Shown here piece after piece: positions 33,201-45,686 of a DNA stretch of 64,000 nt (position 1 is its first letter; each line of letters starts with the position of its first letter). The stretch is taken from the NCBI GenBank assembly GCA_000708835.1, contig DF237240.1:43697-107696 (forward strand), in the 5' to 3' direction. The translations under genes and the position numbers were made by a program. This stretch comes from Klebsormidium nitens. Taxonomy: Eukaryota; Plantae; Klebsormidiophyceae. A model generated the notes under the pieces. That model made no database searches. It was not told the DNA's origin and saw only the letters and a list, made by a program, of their open reading frames with translations.

Positions 33201-36200
33201 TGCTTCGGACGTCCGAGTCGGAGAACTTCGACCGGACGAGAAGCGGGTGGTTGGCAATCTGCATCGGGTGGATAGTCAGGAGCGGCTTCAAAAGTTAGTA
33301 TAGAGACATGCGCTCAAAAAGTCCAGAATATCATCCAGCAGGGAATGCTTAAGGAAGTTTTAGAATGAACTTGTATCAGGTACGACTCACACGGTCAATC
33401 AGATTCCAGCGGATTCCTTTCAAGGAAAGTAGACCGGAGGCGCAAAACAGATTTCGGGCCTCGGCGAAAATTAATCGACGGGTCACCAAAATCTTGATAA
33501 GCCTTACGGGCAGGAAGGAGACGGCGACGCAAGAGAAACAGACAATCTGATGGTCGAACAGATTGAAATAGGAGGCATGGTCCCTATGTAAGTGTAAGCA
33601 ACCAAGCGAATGCAGCCCCTTGCAAAGACTGACAGTTTCATTCATGCTTACAGTATTCTGGACTGCGTTGCAGTCCAGAGAAACGTGTTGGCAAACAAAA
33701 CTTTCCTACGAGGAACCAAATTGTCGGGCAGAGAATGTCCGTTCGACCCAAACAAGGACTCGTCGTCAAATTCCACTTTTATCCTCGATAACGCTGTTCG
33801 TCGTGCATGTATTTCGAAGAAAAGGCAGATCATCCGACTCGCTCTCTAGGCTACGTGCTCGCCTATCAGATTGCTCGCTCTCTAGGCTACGTGCTGTCCT
33901 ATCAGATTGGCCTCGTCGAACTGGAACAGCGCAAGTATATGCCTTTCGGATCGCCCGAAAAATTGGACAGACGGGCTTTCCAGCACAGACCAAGGTAGTA
34001 AGAATCAGTCTGCTCAGTGAACATTCAGTACTGCTGGTTTCGGAGTCGCACCTTCCGCAGGTGCGTAAAGATGTTCGCCACCTGGCGCTTGGGCATCTTG
34101 TTCACCCGCCCCGTCGGCCCGGCCTGCGCCCGGTACTCGTCGAGCGCCGAGCGGTAGAGCTCCGCCTGGGCCGGGTGCATCGCGAGCGTTTCTACCTACA
34201 CACAAAAGACGGAGGAGGATGTGTGAATGCGCCTAGAACGTTCGGACAGAACGGTGACGCTCCTGAACCGGGTGCGTTTGCGACGGTTTCTACCTACACA
34301 CAGAAGACGCAGGAGGAGGTGTGAATGCGCCCGGAACGCTCGGACAAAGAGGTACAGCTCCGCCTGAGCCGGGATCGTTTGTACCTACACACGGAAGACG
34401 GAGGACGAGGTGTGAATGCGCCCGGAATGTTCGGACAGAGCGGTGAAGCTCCGCCTGGGCGGGGGCGGAAGAGGAGGGAGTGAATGCACTGGGAAAGTTG
34501 GGCGTGCGACTTCTATATGGAGAACGTCGGAGAAAATCAATCACCCTTTCCACAACCGAGAAGCCCGGAGACAGCTTTTCCGTCATCCTTTTCGTGACAA
34601 GAATGAGACCCAGTTTAGTCCTCGATGGTCGCCATGCCACGTAACAAGACCTAGATTGACCTTCTTAGAAAAGAAGCAAACGTCAAAAAAGTTGGACGCT
34701 GCCGTAACATCCTTAGTCAGAATCAAAATGGACATGGACCAGACGACTGAAGACTGCCTGAGGAAATCCAAACGGCGACATTGAGTTGACGCTCAAAGCA
34801 GCAGAAACAGCGCACCTTTTGCTGCTTCGCCACGAGCTGCTGCATGACGTCAGCTTTCACCCTGCGCAGCACGAAGGGCGCCAGGATCGTCTTCAGCCGT
34901 TCGATGAGGCCAGTCTGCGTCTCCGGACTGTCCGATCGGCTGCCGGCCGCCTCAAGGTCCTTGAGCTGGAAGATGTCAGGAAGCAGAAAGTTGAGCAGCG
35001 TCCACAGCTCCTGTACAGCCAAGAGAAGAGCGATTAGCAGGTGAATGTAATCGGAGTTAGGGTTCTTATCGCCCAAACAGCGGCCAGCGTGGCACTGCTT
35101 AAACTCAGTCAAAGTAAAACTCAAGTCCTGGACATTTTCAGGGAGTTTCTTCGGTTCGATGTTTTTCTCCTTCGAAGCAGATCTGAAAGTCTCAGCCCTC
35201 GGATCAAAAGGGAAGACAGGCACGCCGCTAGAGAAATACGGTTACAATGGCGGACGAAGAGGGACACCCGCCCAAGCGTGCTTTCACTGGAAAGGTTCGG
35301 GTTCTGGCGAAGACCGGTTTCCAGACGAAAGTACATTCTTGGCTCTGAAAGCACCAGCTCAGCGGCTGTCCGTGAGCTACGAAGATGGACCCGGAAGGCA
35401 ACAGTCCAACCAGTCATCGAACCATTTTTTGAGAACAGCTTCAGCTATTTGACGCACTTTGAAGAATGACAGAGAAAGTTTACCTGCAGATCGTTCTGTA
35501 GAGGCGTCCCCGTCAGCATCAGCCGGCACTTGGCAGCGGACGCGATTTTCCGCAGCTTCTTCGTCCTCGTACTCGAGTGGTCTTTCAGCAGATGCGCCTG
35601 TGAACCGCATCCGATTATGAAAGTCAGACCGGAGACGTCAGACGGCTTTGCACTGCACCAGATTCGCTCAGCGTGCATCCAGGGAGGGTCGCAATGTTGC
35701 AATCAAAATTTCCGGACCATCAAAGGCAATGAGCTCTAGCACCTGACATCAAGCACGATACGATGGTCTGCAGAAGTTCAGGTTGGGAAGTAAGTAACGT
35801 TATGTTGTCGTTTACAATGATTCGAAGTTCGAGCCAGCTTGGTAAGCACTCAGGAACCGTATGACCTGATGTTACACGCTGGATAGATGGAACCCGGGAA
35901 GAGACGTCGAGACTGCAACGAGGGACTTGCCTCGTCCATCACAACACAGTTCCAGTCGAAGCGCCTCAGGAAGCTGCGGTCTTCCACAGCCAGTGTACTG
36001 AGACAATGGAAAGAGAACAGTCAGCTTCGACGAGCCGCTTCCCGTTTGCTTGGCCGTGCTCAGCCGACGATTTCCCAGCAAGCGAGTGCGAGAAAGTATG
36101 GCAGCATACCAAAAACAGGAAGCGAGGGAAGAAGTTTTGGCTGCAGGCTTCTACTCTACCACGGCCACTAACCAAGACTCGGCGCTGCCTGATGGACTGA

Positions 36201-38077
36201 GCAGCTCTTTTCACAGCAGTCAAGGGCAAGACGCTGAGTAGTCCTCTCGAAAAATACGTTGAAGTCTCACCTGCTCCTTTCGAAGAGAGAGTACGTCGTG
36301 AGGAGGACGTCGAACGGAGGCGGCCCTCCATTCCGGCCCTCCATTTCAATGCCGTGGCGCACATGCGCGCGTTCAGGCCCGTGGTACACCACTAGAGTTA
36401 AGGCTGGACACCTGAAAACACACAAGAAGGGGCACAATATTCGTGACTATACTGGTAGATATGTCAGAACCTGGAAGGGCCTTAAATGTATGCAGAAGGA
36501 GACAGGAGATGATGAGACTTGAGCTTTGCAGCTAAGCCTCTCTCACACAAGGTCCAAGACGAAGCTTCTGAGATCAACATGAGGGCCAAGTAATAACCAG
36601 TTGGGTAACTTCTCTTGCACAGAAAAGATTCCTTATGAGCAGGGATCGGGAAAATACACAGACGTTTTCGTTTGCAGTCTGGCGCCCTTACCAGAGCTGA
36701 AACTCCCTGCTCCAGTTTTCGAGAAGCGATGCAGGGCAGACAACTAGGTGCGGCCCCTGGCCAGTGTCTTGGCTCAGGATGCCCAAATATGTAATGGCCT
36801 GGACCGTCTTCCCCAGTCCCATCTCGTCAGCGCAGATTGCCCCTCCAATGTTCTGCTGCCGGAGCAGCAGCAGGAAGTTGACACCGATGAGCTGGTAGGG
36901 CTTAAGGAGAGGGGTGCTGGCAGTGGCAGTGTCACCGGACGCGCAGACCGCTGTGATCTCAGCCTGCATAAACCAAACTTCATGCTTTTCGCTGCCGAAT
37001 ACTTTTCAGTGCAAGATGATGGGTCCCGTTGCGAGGTATGTATTGTTTGTTCTTTTGATAGTGCCCCCTGTAACAGAGTTTGAGCACATCAGAATTTCTC
37101 TGATGATAGTCTCCAGGATCCTGATGCTTGCTTGAGGAACCTCAATAGTCTTTACCCAATCCTCCAAATAAATCAGAGGTCCTCTTTGGAGATGCAAAGC
37201 CATCATTTCAAAAGATAAGGAGCCAATGACACCTTCAAAGAGACGTGCTACTCAAAATCGATAGAGAAGCAAGTACAAGGGAAGCGTAAGCGCTCACCTG
37301 AGTTACCAGCCTCGCTGCAGCTGCATCAACTTCACTGTACCCCTCGGTGGCTCCTTCTGCAGTATGCAGCTGCTTTCGCAGCATGGCTGCAATCTTCTCG
37401 CACTCCTTGAGCGCATGTAGCACCGGGTCCTCTAGCAACTCGACCCCATTGCTCTTGGTCGCTTCTAAGTCTACGTAAGGCACAACCCGTTCCTTCTTTT
37501 CCTTGTCATCTTCCTTGGACTCCAAGTCAATCAGAGTTCTAGGTTTGCTGAGCTGGTCAGCCGTGGCGTAGAAGCTGCCGGGCTTGATCTCACACCGCTG
37601 CGCTTTAGGCTGGGCGATGAAGTGCTCTGTCGCTCCTCTACTGGATGCTCCTGCCTCAGCGGCATTGCCTTTGGCAGGCGTATCTTCACTTGTTTCAGGC
37701 ACCACTTCGTTATGTAGATGACTCACGGAGTCGCCCCTTGAGCTAGATCTCCAACTTCCTTGAGGCTGGTCCTCAGTTGCAACCTCTTCAACATGATGGT
37801 CGTCGTCATCATCGTCTTCAAGAATGACCCTTCTGCGCTTTGCCCTTCCTTTGGTTAGTCCTGGCGAGCCACCACCCTCCGCTTCTTGCTGACCACTGCC
37901 GCCTTCCTTTTTGGCTGTTTGGCTCTGTGGCCCCCTGCGTCTAGCCTGTGAGGGTTTGGCTTCTCCAAACACTCTTGAGGCTCTCAGAACGGTCTGTGGT
38001 GCAGCATCATCATCATCTGAGATCTCCAGACCACCAACCACAAGAGTGCCCCCTGGTTTCTTTCCGAAGAAGGACAT
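30298..38077 (-). CDS. CHR19: SNF2-family chromatin remodeller of the Fun30/SMARCAD1/ETL1 (CHR19) type, multi-exon
   Basis: Motifs [12 protein letters not shown]...[31 protein letters not shown]...[14 protein letters not shown]|[76 protein letters not shown]|[34 protein letters not shown]. The last exon ends ...[11 protein letters not shown] at 30298. Confidence 0.93.
30972..31170 (-). repeat. Intronic duplicate (132 bp period) of a CHR19 exon end plus donor
   Basis: + strand TGACCCGTTAACAGTGACGGCCGCGTCTGGCCG (30994-31026) mirrors TGACCTGTAGACAGTGACGGGCCGCGTCTGGCCG (31126-~31160). Both are preceded by GACGTCACG. Confidence 0.8.
33838..33909. repeat. 36-bp tandem duplication in a CHR19 intron
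   Basis: CTCGCTCTCTAGGCTACGTGCT(CG/GT)CCTATCAGATTG occurs twice. Confidence 0.9.
34150..34462 (-). repeat. Three tandem copies (~95 bp) spanning a CHR19 splice acceptor and exon start
   Basis: + strand TACCTACACAC..AAGACG(G/C)AGGA..TGTGAATGCGCC.(A/G)GAA..TCGGACA..GCTCC repeats at ~34193, ~34292 and ~34382. The true exon starts at 34195 (minus strand). Confidence 0.88.
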
Positions 38078-38978
38078 AGCGATTGCTTGCTCTGACCTCA
38101 ATCAGGCTCAGAAACCCTTGCATGCAATCAAGTTGTAGCAGAGGTTTGCTGGTGACCGCTTGATTAGGAAAGATCCGGAGTTCTCAATGTGCAGCGGCGA
38201 GCATCGCGCCGAACCTTATATGTTGACGCGCTGGCAACATGATCCAAGGTGGGAGGTCAGTGCAGAAAGACACTGAGAAGCGGATCGGTCCTTCCGTCAG
38301 CTAGGCGCCTGTTCAAGTCATTCCTGGCTCCGCTATGACCAGGCGTCTGCCGTGTTCCCTGGAGCAGCCTGTGTCGTCTGCATTGCGCTTGCCGGCCATT
38401 GGCAATGGCATCAAGGCATTGCCGTACGTATTACTGTTGGCATTGCCCCGCGGATCGAGTCCGATTTAATGCAAAGCTGGGGTCACGAAGTTGCGAAACT
38501 CCTGTGTTTCTCCCGGTTTCAGATCGTCGAAAGAAATCCTAAGTTGTAACGGACGATCCCCAATGATCGAGAGTCGCTCGGCAATTCTATGGCAAGCCCT
38601 GCTGCCGGTTTCTTGCACTTCGTCACGGCCGCTCAGCAACAGCCAGACATCCGTACAGGGACAGTCGAGAGTTGGTTCAGATTGCCGTTCTGAACAACGG
38701 CATTTGATACGGCTGTGCGCTTCGAGTCTCAGGCCCCGGAGGGCTTTCACTGTCCGCCCTTTCCAGTTTCCCACATGGTGGAACGTGCTCGCAATGCTAG
38801 GGCATTTTGCAGCTCTGATCGATTGGCTCTGTTCGCAGTCACAAGTCCTCAAGAAGTCGGATTAAATTGTGACCTGGATAAGTGAATGCTGCAGCTCGGT
38901 GCCGGCAGATCTACGCGAAACAGTTGCCTTGCAAGAAGAGAAGAGGGAAAGCAGCACTTTCACTAAGTTTGCTAATCA

Positions 38979-40270
38979 ATGGCGCCCAAGCGGAAGGCTG
39001 CAGCGGCAGCAAAGGAAGAGGCTGCTCCCACAAAGAAAGGCAAGGGAGGGCTAGCGATTGGCGACGACTTTCCCAATCTGCCTGAGCTAGAGTTTGATGA
39101 ATCCACGCCGGAAGAGAAGAAGACCGTCAAGCTGAGTGATGTCTTGAAAGACCATGGCATCATCCTCTTCTTCTACCCAAAAGCAAACACTGGGGGCTGC
39201 ACAAAGCAAGCCTGCGGGTTCCAGGATAATTTGTCTGAGATTGAAAAGGCAGGGTACAAGGTGTTTGGAATGTCTGCAGACAAGCCAAAGAGTCAAGCGG
39301 GCTGGAAAGCCAAGCGAGGCTTCAAGTACAACCTGCTGAGCGACCCCAGCTACGAGGTCAGTGTATTGCCCTGGTAAACTGTTCTCGAGATAGTTTACCA
39401 TTGCGTGCCAAGATGGCCTTTTAGTCTTTAGATACTTTCCCCCTCCCCAGCTACGCAGATGTGTCGGACAATGTGCAATGCTGCAGATCATCAGCCAGCA
39501 CTTCAATCAACAGAGACCAACTTCAGGGACATCAAATATGGTGGAACTCACACGAGCAGTTTCAAATGTCCTGAGGAATATTTACCTGCTTGAGATCAGC
39601 AATGTTGTTGTGCCCTTGATTTGTTGCAAGTACCCTTGATTCTCCCCTGTTGACACTTATTGACGCCATTGCCCTTTTCAGGTGTTGAAGACTCTTGGAG
39701 TGACCAAGGGTGCCAAGAGCATAAGCAGGTAAGCTTCCATCACATTCCGAAGAAGCAATCTTGGTGGGTTCGATCTATGGACCTGCCTGTGGAACTACTG
39801 TAGAGCCATTGCCCCCACTGATCACAGAAAACCCCTATACCAGTACACAATCTCAAGGCTTCTAGTAGGGTAGTAGGGATGGCAGCGTGACTTCTATTGG
39901 TCAAGACGCAGGCAACACAAGCACTGGTAAAGCAAGCAGAAGACTTTGCGGGAACATGGTCAAAGAAAATACCTGATCAAGGTTGCAAAGGCTACTTATC
40001 GTGTTCCCCATCAGCGGGCCCCGCCGGATAAGCTGCTTCATTTGAGGGGATTCCAAGCCGTTGAAGGGGCTTTTCAGTCCAGAATGTCTTGCGTGCCTGC
40101 ACACTGTTGCATCTGATTAGTGGCCCAGACTTGTCCTCCTGCGGATCATTTCTTTTTGTGCTCGCAGGTCGCACATTGTGGTCGAGAAGGGAGGAAAGAT
40201 CAAGGATGTCCGCATTGGCATCAGCCCTGGCGACAGCTTTGCAGAGGCGTTGAAGACAGTGACAGCTTAG
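38979..40270 (+). CDS. BCP: BCP/PrxQ-family peroxiredoxin with a basic N-terminal extension (Dot5-like); exons 38979-39357, ~39682-39728, ~40168-40270
   Basis: FFYPKANTGGCTKQACGF (PxxxTxxC with a resolving Cys in CxxxxC), VFGMSAD, LLSDP, RSHIVV. The N-terminus is MAPKRKAAAAAK. Confidence 0.92.
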
Positions 40271-41577
40271 ATTCAACCATAGGGGAGACAGTCAAGTGCT
40301 TGACCGGGCCAACATGCTCTGTTTGAGAGAAACGTTCTGGAGTTGCTCCAATCGGGGCTTGTCGTCCAGAACTTTGTGGACCTAAATTGTTTGGGGTCTG
40401 GCCAGGCCAGCGACTGGCCTGCCGGCCTTGATGAGACACTCGCGTTGTAGCTGTGCCACAGATCTCGAGTCGATTGTGTTGGCGAGCTTGCCCAATCACT
40501 CATCGGTCAGAAACTTATACGGAGTTGTATAATTAGTTGGGAGTGGACTGCTTAAAATTACTCAGAAAGTTCACAAATTTTCTGCATGCTTCCAACGAGG
40601 GCAGGGTGCACCTGGTCGGAGTTTCCGACTCAACTTACCTCCAGATCAAACTGGCCGCGCCTACGCCACACCGGGGACCACCTGAGCACGTTGCTTGATT
40701 TCGATTGAATCTGTTGTTTGAAAGTCAGTATTTGAGATCAGAGGTATGTCGTCGTGAGTTAACAAAACAGCAGATGAGATGCATGGCCACGACTTCGCCT
40801 GGCACGGATGCAGTCTACGTACCAGCCGCCCTCATCATTATTAGATTCAAAATGTGTGCATGACATATATATGCATACATGCAATACACTGGACGCATCT
40901 ATGCTGTAGCAAGTATACCGTTGACAAAAAAGCCATTGCGAATGCAGTGACATAGATCGTAAGTCAATCGCAGATCATCAGCTGCTGATGCAGATCAACG
41001 GCCAGTGCAAAACGCCGGGTGGTAAGATCGATCAGACGTACTTCTCATTCATAGTGATAGGCCTGCGCGGCATGCAGATAATGCGCTCGACGTACTCAAT
41101 GTTAGTGTAGGCAGTATGCAAACCGACCGTCAAAAATCACGTGTTTGCAACACAAACGCACAGAATCGACACATCGAATAGCGAGATCGAAGTTAACAGC
41201 CCTTCGCGGCAACGACTTCCCTACGTTGGCAAGACTTGTATATCAGAGGGAAAGCACATTCGGGCATGAGCGGTACATTTGGTGGCAGCTTAAATCTGAG
41301 TCAAGAAAAGTCAATCCCCAAGCACCCGATGTCAGCCGCTGGGCCAATGCAGTCTCGAACACAAAGAAAAGAACAGATTGAGGCCTGCATTCGTGCGCAG
41401 CTCCTTGAAGAGACAATATTCTTCAATTTCGAATCGTATCTCCTCAAGGTCTTTGCTCCTACCTCTGATCAACTTCATTCCACTGTTTTTGAACTTCGTA
41501 TCATGCATTATGACGCTGTGCCACTATTGATCCTCCATCAAGATCAAAAATTGCTTCAGACCACAGCGTCCAGCGAT

Positions 41578-43252
41578 TCACTGCGCCTGAGAGGGGGCCG
41601 CGTTCTCGGGAAGGCAGTGCTTCTTGTGGGTTCGCCAATGAAGCTTCTGGTGTTCCTTACTGCATGAGATGGCAAACGTTAAACACTGTGTCAGGCTACG
41701 CGACGCATGCCCACGAACAACATTCGCGAAATCACATTGATACTGACTGGATAGTGTTTCTTCGTTGCTTTCTTCTGACAGTCGAGGTAAGAACTTGGTA
41801 GCCTTTTGCGGGCCCGATTCGAACCTACTAGACAGGGTTGACACTGCTTGCATCAGAGGGTATGTGGTGAAAGATATATGCATTTCAAAAGGAAAGGAAT
41901 TCGAAGAACAAAGAAAGTCTGATCATGCCTGATGCAACTTTAGTCGATGAGTGTTCCAAGACAGGGTGTGGCACTTCGCTTGAGAACAGCAGCTTATCGA
42001 GGACACGGTCGTTGCTGGAATTCCCTTGACCTCGAAACCTGAGCTCCATCATACTCGCAGTCAGACGAAGTATTTGTACGTACCTGCAGTAGTAGGCCAC
42101 CGTGCAGCGTGCACACCTGTTGCAGCTCGTTCCCTGATCGTCATCGGCAGTTTTTGAGCAGCCTTCCCAGGAGCAGACCGTTGGGAGTCCAAGCAGCTTC
42201 GCTTTGGCATGTTTCCACACCGCTTTTCTGGAGATCTCCGAGACATACGGAATTTTAGAAGGCCTCCTTGCAAGCGTGGCTAAGAGTTCTTCCCAAAGTC
42301 CAGGGCAGTGAGAGTTGAGGAGACTCGCATACGGCTCAAGAAGAGACGGCATCCCAGCTCCTTTCAGTGTGTCGACCAGATGCAAGGCTCCACACAAGCG
42401 CAGAAGCACAACGAGGCACGTCATCACTGCTCCTCCGGATATTTGGTCAGCTTGCGTGCGGCTTGCTCTTTGGAAGATGCTTGCTAGAAGCCCAAGATAC
42501 CCCGTTCCTATCGCCCACTCTTGGCTGTCCTTGTGAAGAACAAGTGCGAGAAGTAGCCTGGCCACTTTCTCCTGGGCGTTTACGAAAGCGTGTGAAGGAA
42601 TCTTCTTGACGACCTCATCCAAAAAGAGAAGCTGAAGCGAAGGAAGAAGATCGTCGGCACCACGAATCAGTTGACGAAAGTTTTCCGAAGCCCGTGCGTA
42701 GTTCACCAGGCCCGCAAGGCTTGGGGTCAGGAGCGGATCAGGTCCAATGATTGAAGGTCTTTCATTGCCTCGAGGATCCTGGGAACGAGGAAGATTCTCC
42801 ATGAAGCAGCGCAGAAGCTTTTCACCGGTGCCCTCTTCTCTGAGGGTGAATATCGCCACTGACTTGCTTGCCGCCAGGGAGGTGATGGCGAGGTATGATG
42901 CATGAGCAACCCCCTCTTTCTCGTTCTGGAATCCAGCAAAGAAGAAGCCGGTTGACCCCACAGGCTTGAACTCCATGGGCTTGCGGTCTTCAAGTACCTG
43001 GCTCAGTAACTTCTTCGATACTGATCCTTGCTGATAAATTGCTAGCTCCTGAACCAACCTGGGAGTGCTAGGATTGCCGGACACCTTTTGATTGATTGCA
43101 TCTTGAAGAGCTGATGCTGCGTTCATTAGAACCATCGGATCGTCCGAGAGAAGCTTCGAGCCAAATGCAGCCACTGTTTTTTCCATTGTGGTCTCTTCGT
43201 CGGCTATTTGAGGCCTGCAGATTCCAAAAGCAGAGCATATGGTCGAGGACAT
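41578..43252 (-). CDS. Protein with a helical (ARM-like) N-terminal region and a C-terminal MYND finger, 2 exons (43252-~42082, ~41661-41578)
   Basis: The spliced finger reads CSWEGCSKTADDDQGTSCNRCARCTVAYYCS|KEHQKLHWRTHKKHC, with a GT-AG join. The ARM-like assignment rests only on helical, Leu-rich character. Confidence 0.82.
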
Positions 43253-45686
43253 CAGATTGGCTTGAAAACTTGTGTTGCTACACTAAGTGGTGTGCCATTC
43301 AAAGCTCTGCTTTTAATTTACCGTAGTGCCGGGTGCTTCGACGAAAGGAAGAGAAAAGAACTCTCAAGGTTCTGGGTTTGTAACAGTAACAATGTTTTTG
43401 CCGTCAGACAGTCAGCGGTAGCATTTCCAAAGATTTCATGCATTATTTCTCAGTCACTTTGCAACCAAGAGAACCTTTTCTCCAAGATCACAGTTGATAA
43501 AACATCAAGACCAAATCGATCGAGAAAAGAGGCGGCAAATCATTGATCGTATTCACTCCTTCTGCAAGGGTTGTTGAAGAGACACTAAAGAGTACTTGGA
43601 TGATTCTTTTTAAGGGACGCAGAGCTCGCAAGTTTTGCTGAGCCCTTGTCGCGTAAGCATGCACAGAAAAGCTTCCTTAGCAAAGTAGTCTTTAAGAAGT
43701 GACCTGCAAGTATTCGCGCAAGAACCCAAACAAACTTAAAAACAAAGACTTGGATGCACAGAGGTAGTCGTCGCTAGCGGCTATTGTGCTTACCGTTCCA
43801 GGCTTCAGGCTTCTAGGTATGTCGGCTTCTTGCGTTCAAGAACTTCAAAAGCGAATCATGCATTAGCACTCGAACGCGTGAACTGAATCCTGCGTTTCAA
43901 AGTTTGTTTTCAGCTCTCTCTCCTTCCAGCATCAACCCTTTGACCTCCTGGCTTCAGAAACAACGATTCAATGCTATGCTCCTCTAAGGACTTGTGAGAC
44001 CTTTGGACGCTGATCTGCATGAAGGCAGCATGAAGGTCGCTCCAGGTCGCTGCTGGTCTCCTGAGGTTTGGCAGATCCTTCTTAGTCTTCTGAAACTCAT
44101 GGAGGACTCCGTTTGATCAAAGAAGTCTTTGCGCTCACGCAGCTCTCCCTGTAAACTTAAGCAGGTTGGGTTGTTGTCTGGTCGGGGTACAGACGCACGA
44201 GACTCGTCTGCCTGTGTGGAGTCGCAGGTGATACTTTGCAGGTGCTCGGAGGACATTGAACCGGCCGCTACTTAGCAGATTCGAGCGCGGCTTTTGAAAG
44301 CCAAGTGATTGCAAGCTTGTGGACGTAAGCAAGGCCTGGATTTGCAGTTAATGTTGACATCATCGTCCAGAGCCAGCGCATGGTACCAACGTGACATTGC
44401 ACGCTGGCAGGGGAAGCTAGAGCGACTTCGTCCCAGCTGCCTTGAGAGATCCTTGAAGCTCCAAAAGCTACATTAGAGAGCTTGTTGAAGAGCGCACAGT
44501 GGTCCCTCGCGCACTCCATGATTTCTGCAGACGCACGACGGTCATATCGAATTGTGACATGATTTGCTGGCCTAGGATCGACTAACCGTGCTCAGGAAGT
44601 TGGCCTGGTACATGTAGGAAGGCTTTACAATGTCGCCCGAGCTGCATCATTGCTTTGCTTGAAGCAACACTCTGGCAAGCTAGCCACGCGAACTGCGAGT
44701 GCATGGTTTTATTGCCGCTAGCGCTGCGGGCGGCGATAAGAGAAAACTTAGCAGCTTGCGGCGCAACCGAATTGCGCTGATATATACGAGGGGGAATAAC
44801 AACGTATCGTTTACCCATTGGCATGCCATGGTACAAGTGTACACGTAGCATTCATAACTCGATTGACATACACCGCCACATGATGCGTTGCAGCGCATGC
44901 ATGCAAGGTGCATTTCAATGTATCATATAAGATGCTTCCTGAAGTGCTCATTTGTAAGTCGGTTGAGCCGCCGCCATTATCGCGTTGGCGGCCGTGCTGC
45001 AGACATCATGCCATGCATCATTAACATACGTGCGCGCGGGCCGCGACTGCGCCGCTCGCTTGCAATTGGATGACGGCGGACTTTGACGGATGACTTCGGC
45101 GGACTTTGATGTAAGAACTTTCGGATGGTCACGTGCTCCCAAGTCATCCGACCTGCCAGCAGCTAGGTAGCTAGTAACCTGCCTTACTAACATAAGGCAA
45201 GCATAGCTCCTGGCACATACCAATGCTTCAAACCAATGATGTTGTTAGAAACCCGTGTATCGTTCCTTAAGCTAGATACCTAAGAAAGTAACGTTAGCGC
45301 TTACTCACTATCGAATTTAGTACAATATGTACAGCTCTTCCAATTCTTCAAGTTTCCTAGCCGCTAAGTAACTGGAATTGGGGCTCGATCGACTTCACTC
45401 CGTCGGAGCCTCGCTCTGAACGCGATCTCCGATCCCAGCGCAGCCTCGAGGTTGATGCAGGCAGGCATCAGACATAATGAGAACCAACAAACGAACCTAT
45501 ACTTAAAGCAACAGATCAGAAATTGTGAAATATTTTTCGGCTCATTTTAGGCTATAGGTCTAAGCTTCTGCCACAGGATATAGGCATCTTTCAATAACCG
45601 AACCCCTCTGCGGAACCAGCACCCGCGCCACCGACCCTTACTGCGGGAAGAATCGCCTGGTGCTATGGTCCTCAAGGGAACACGTG

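Noticed and set aside
43550-44520. Possible gene between the second MYND gene and the RY tract
   Set aside because: Splice-like sites exist on both strands, but every exon chain I tried hit stops and no domain was recognisable.
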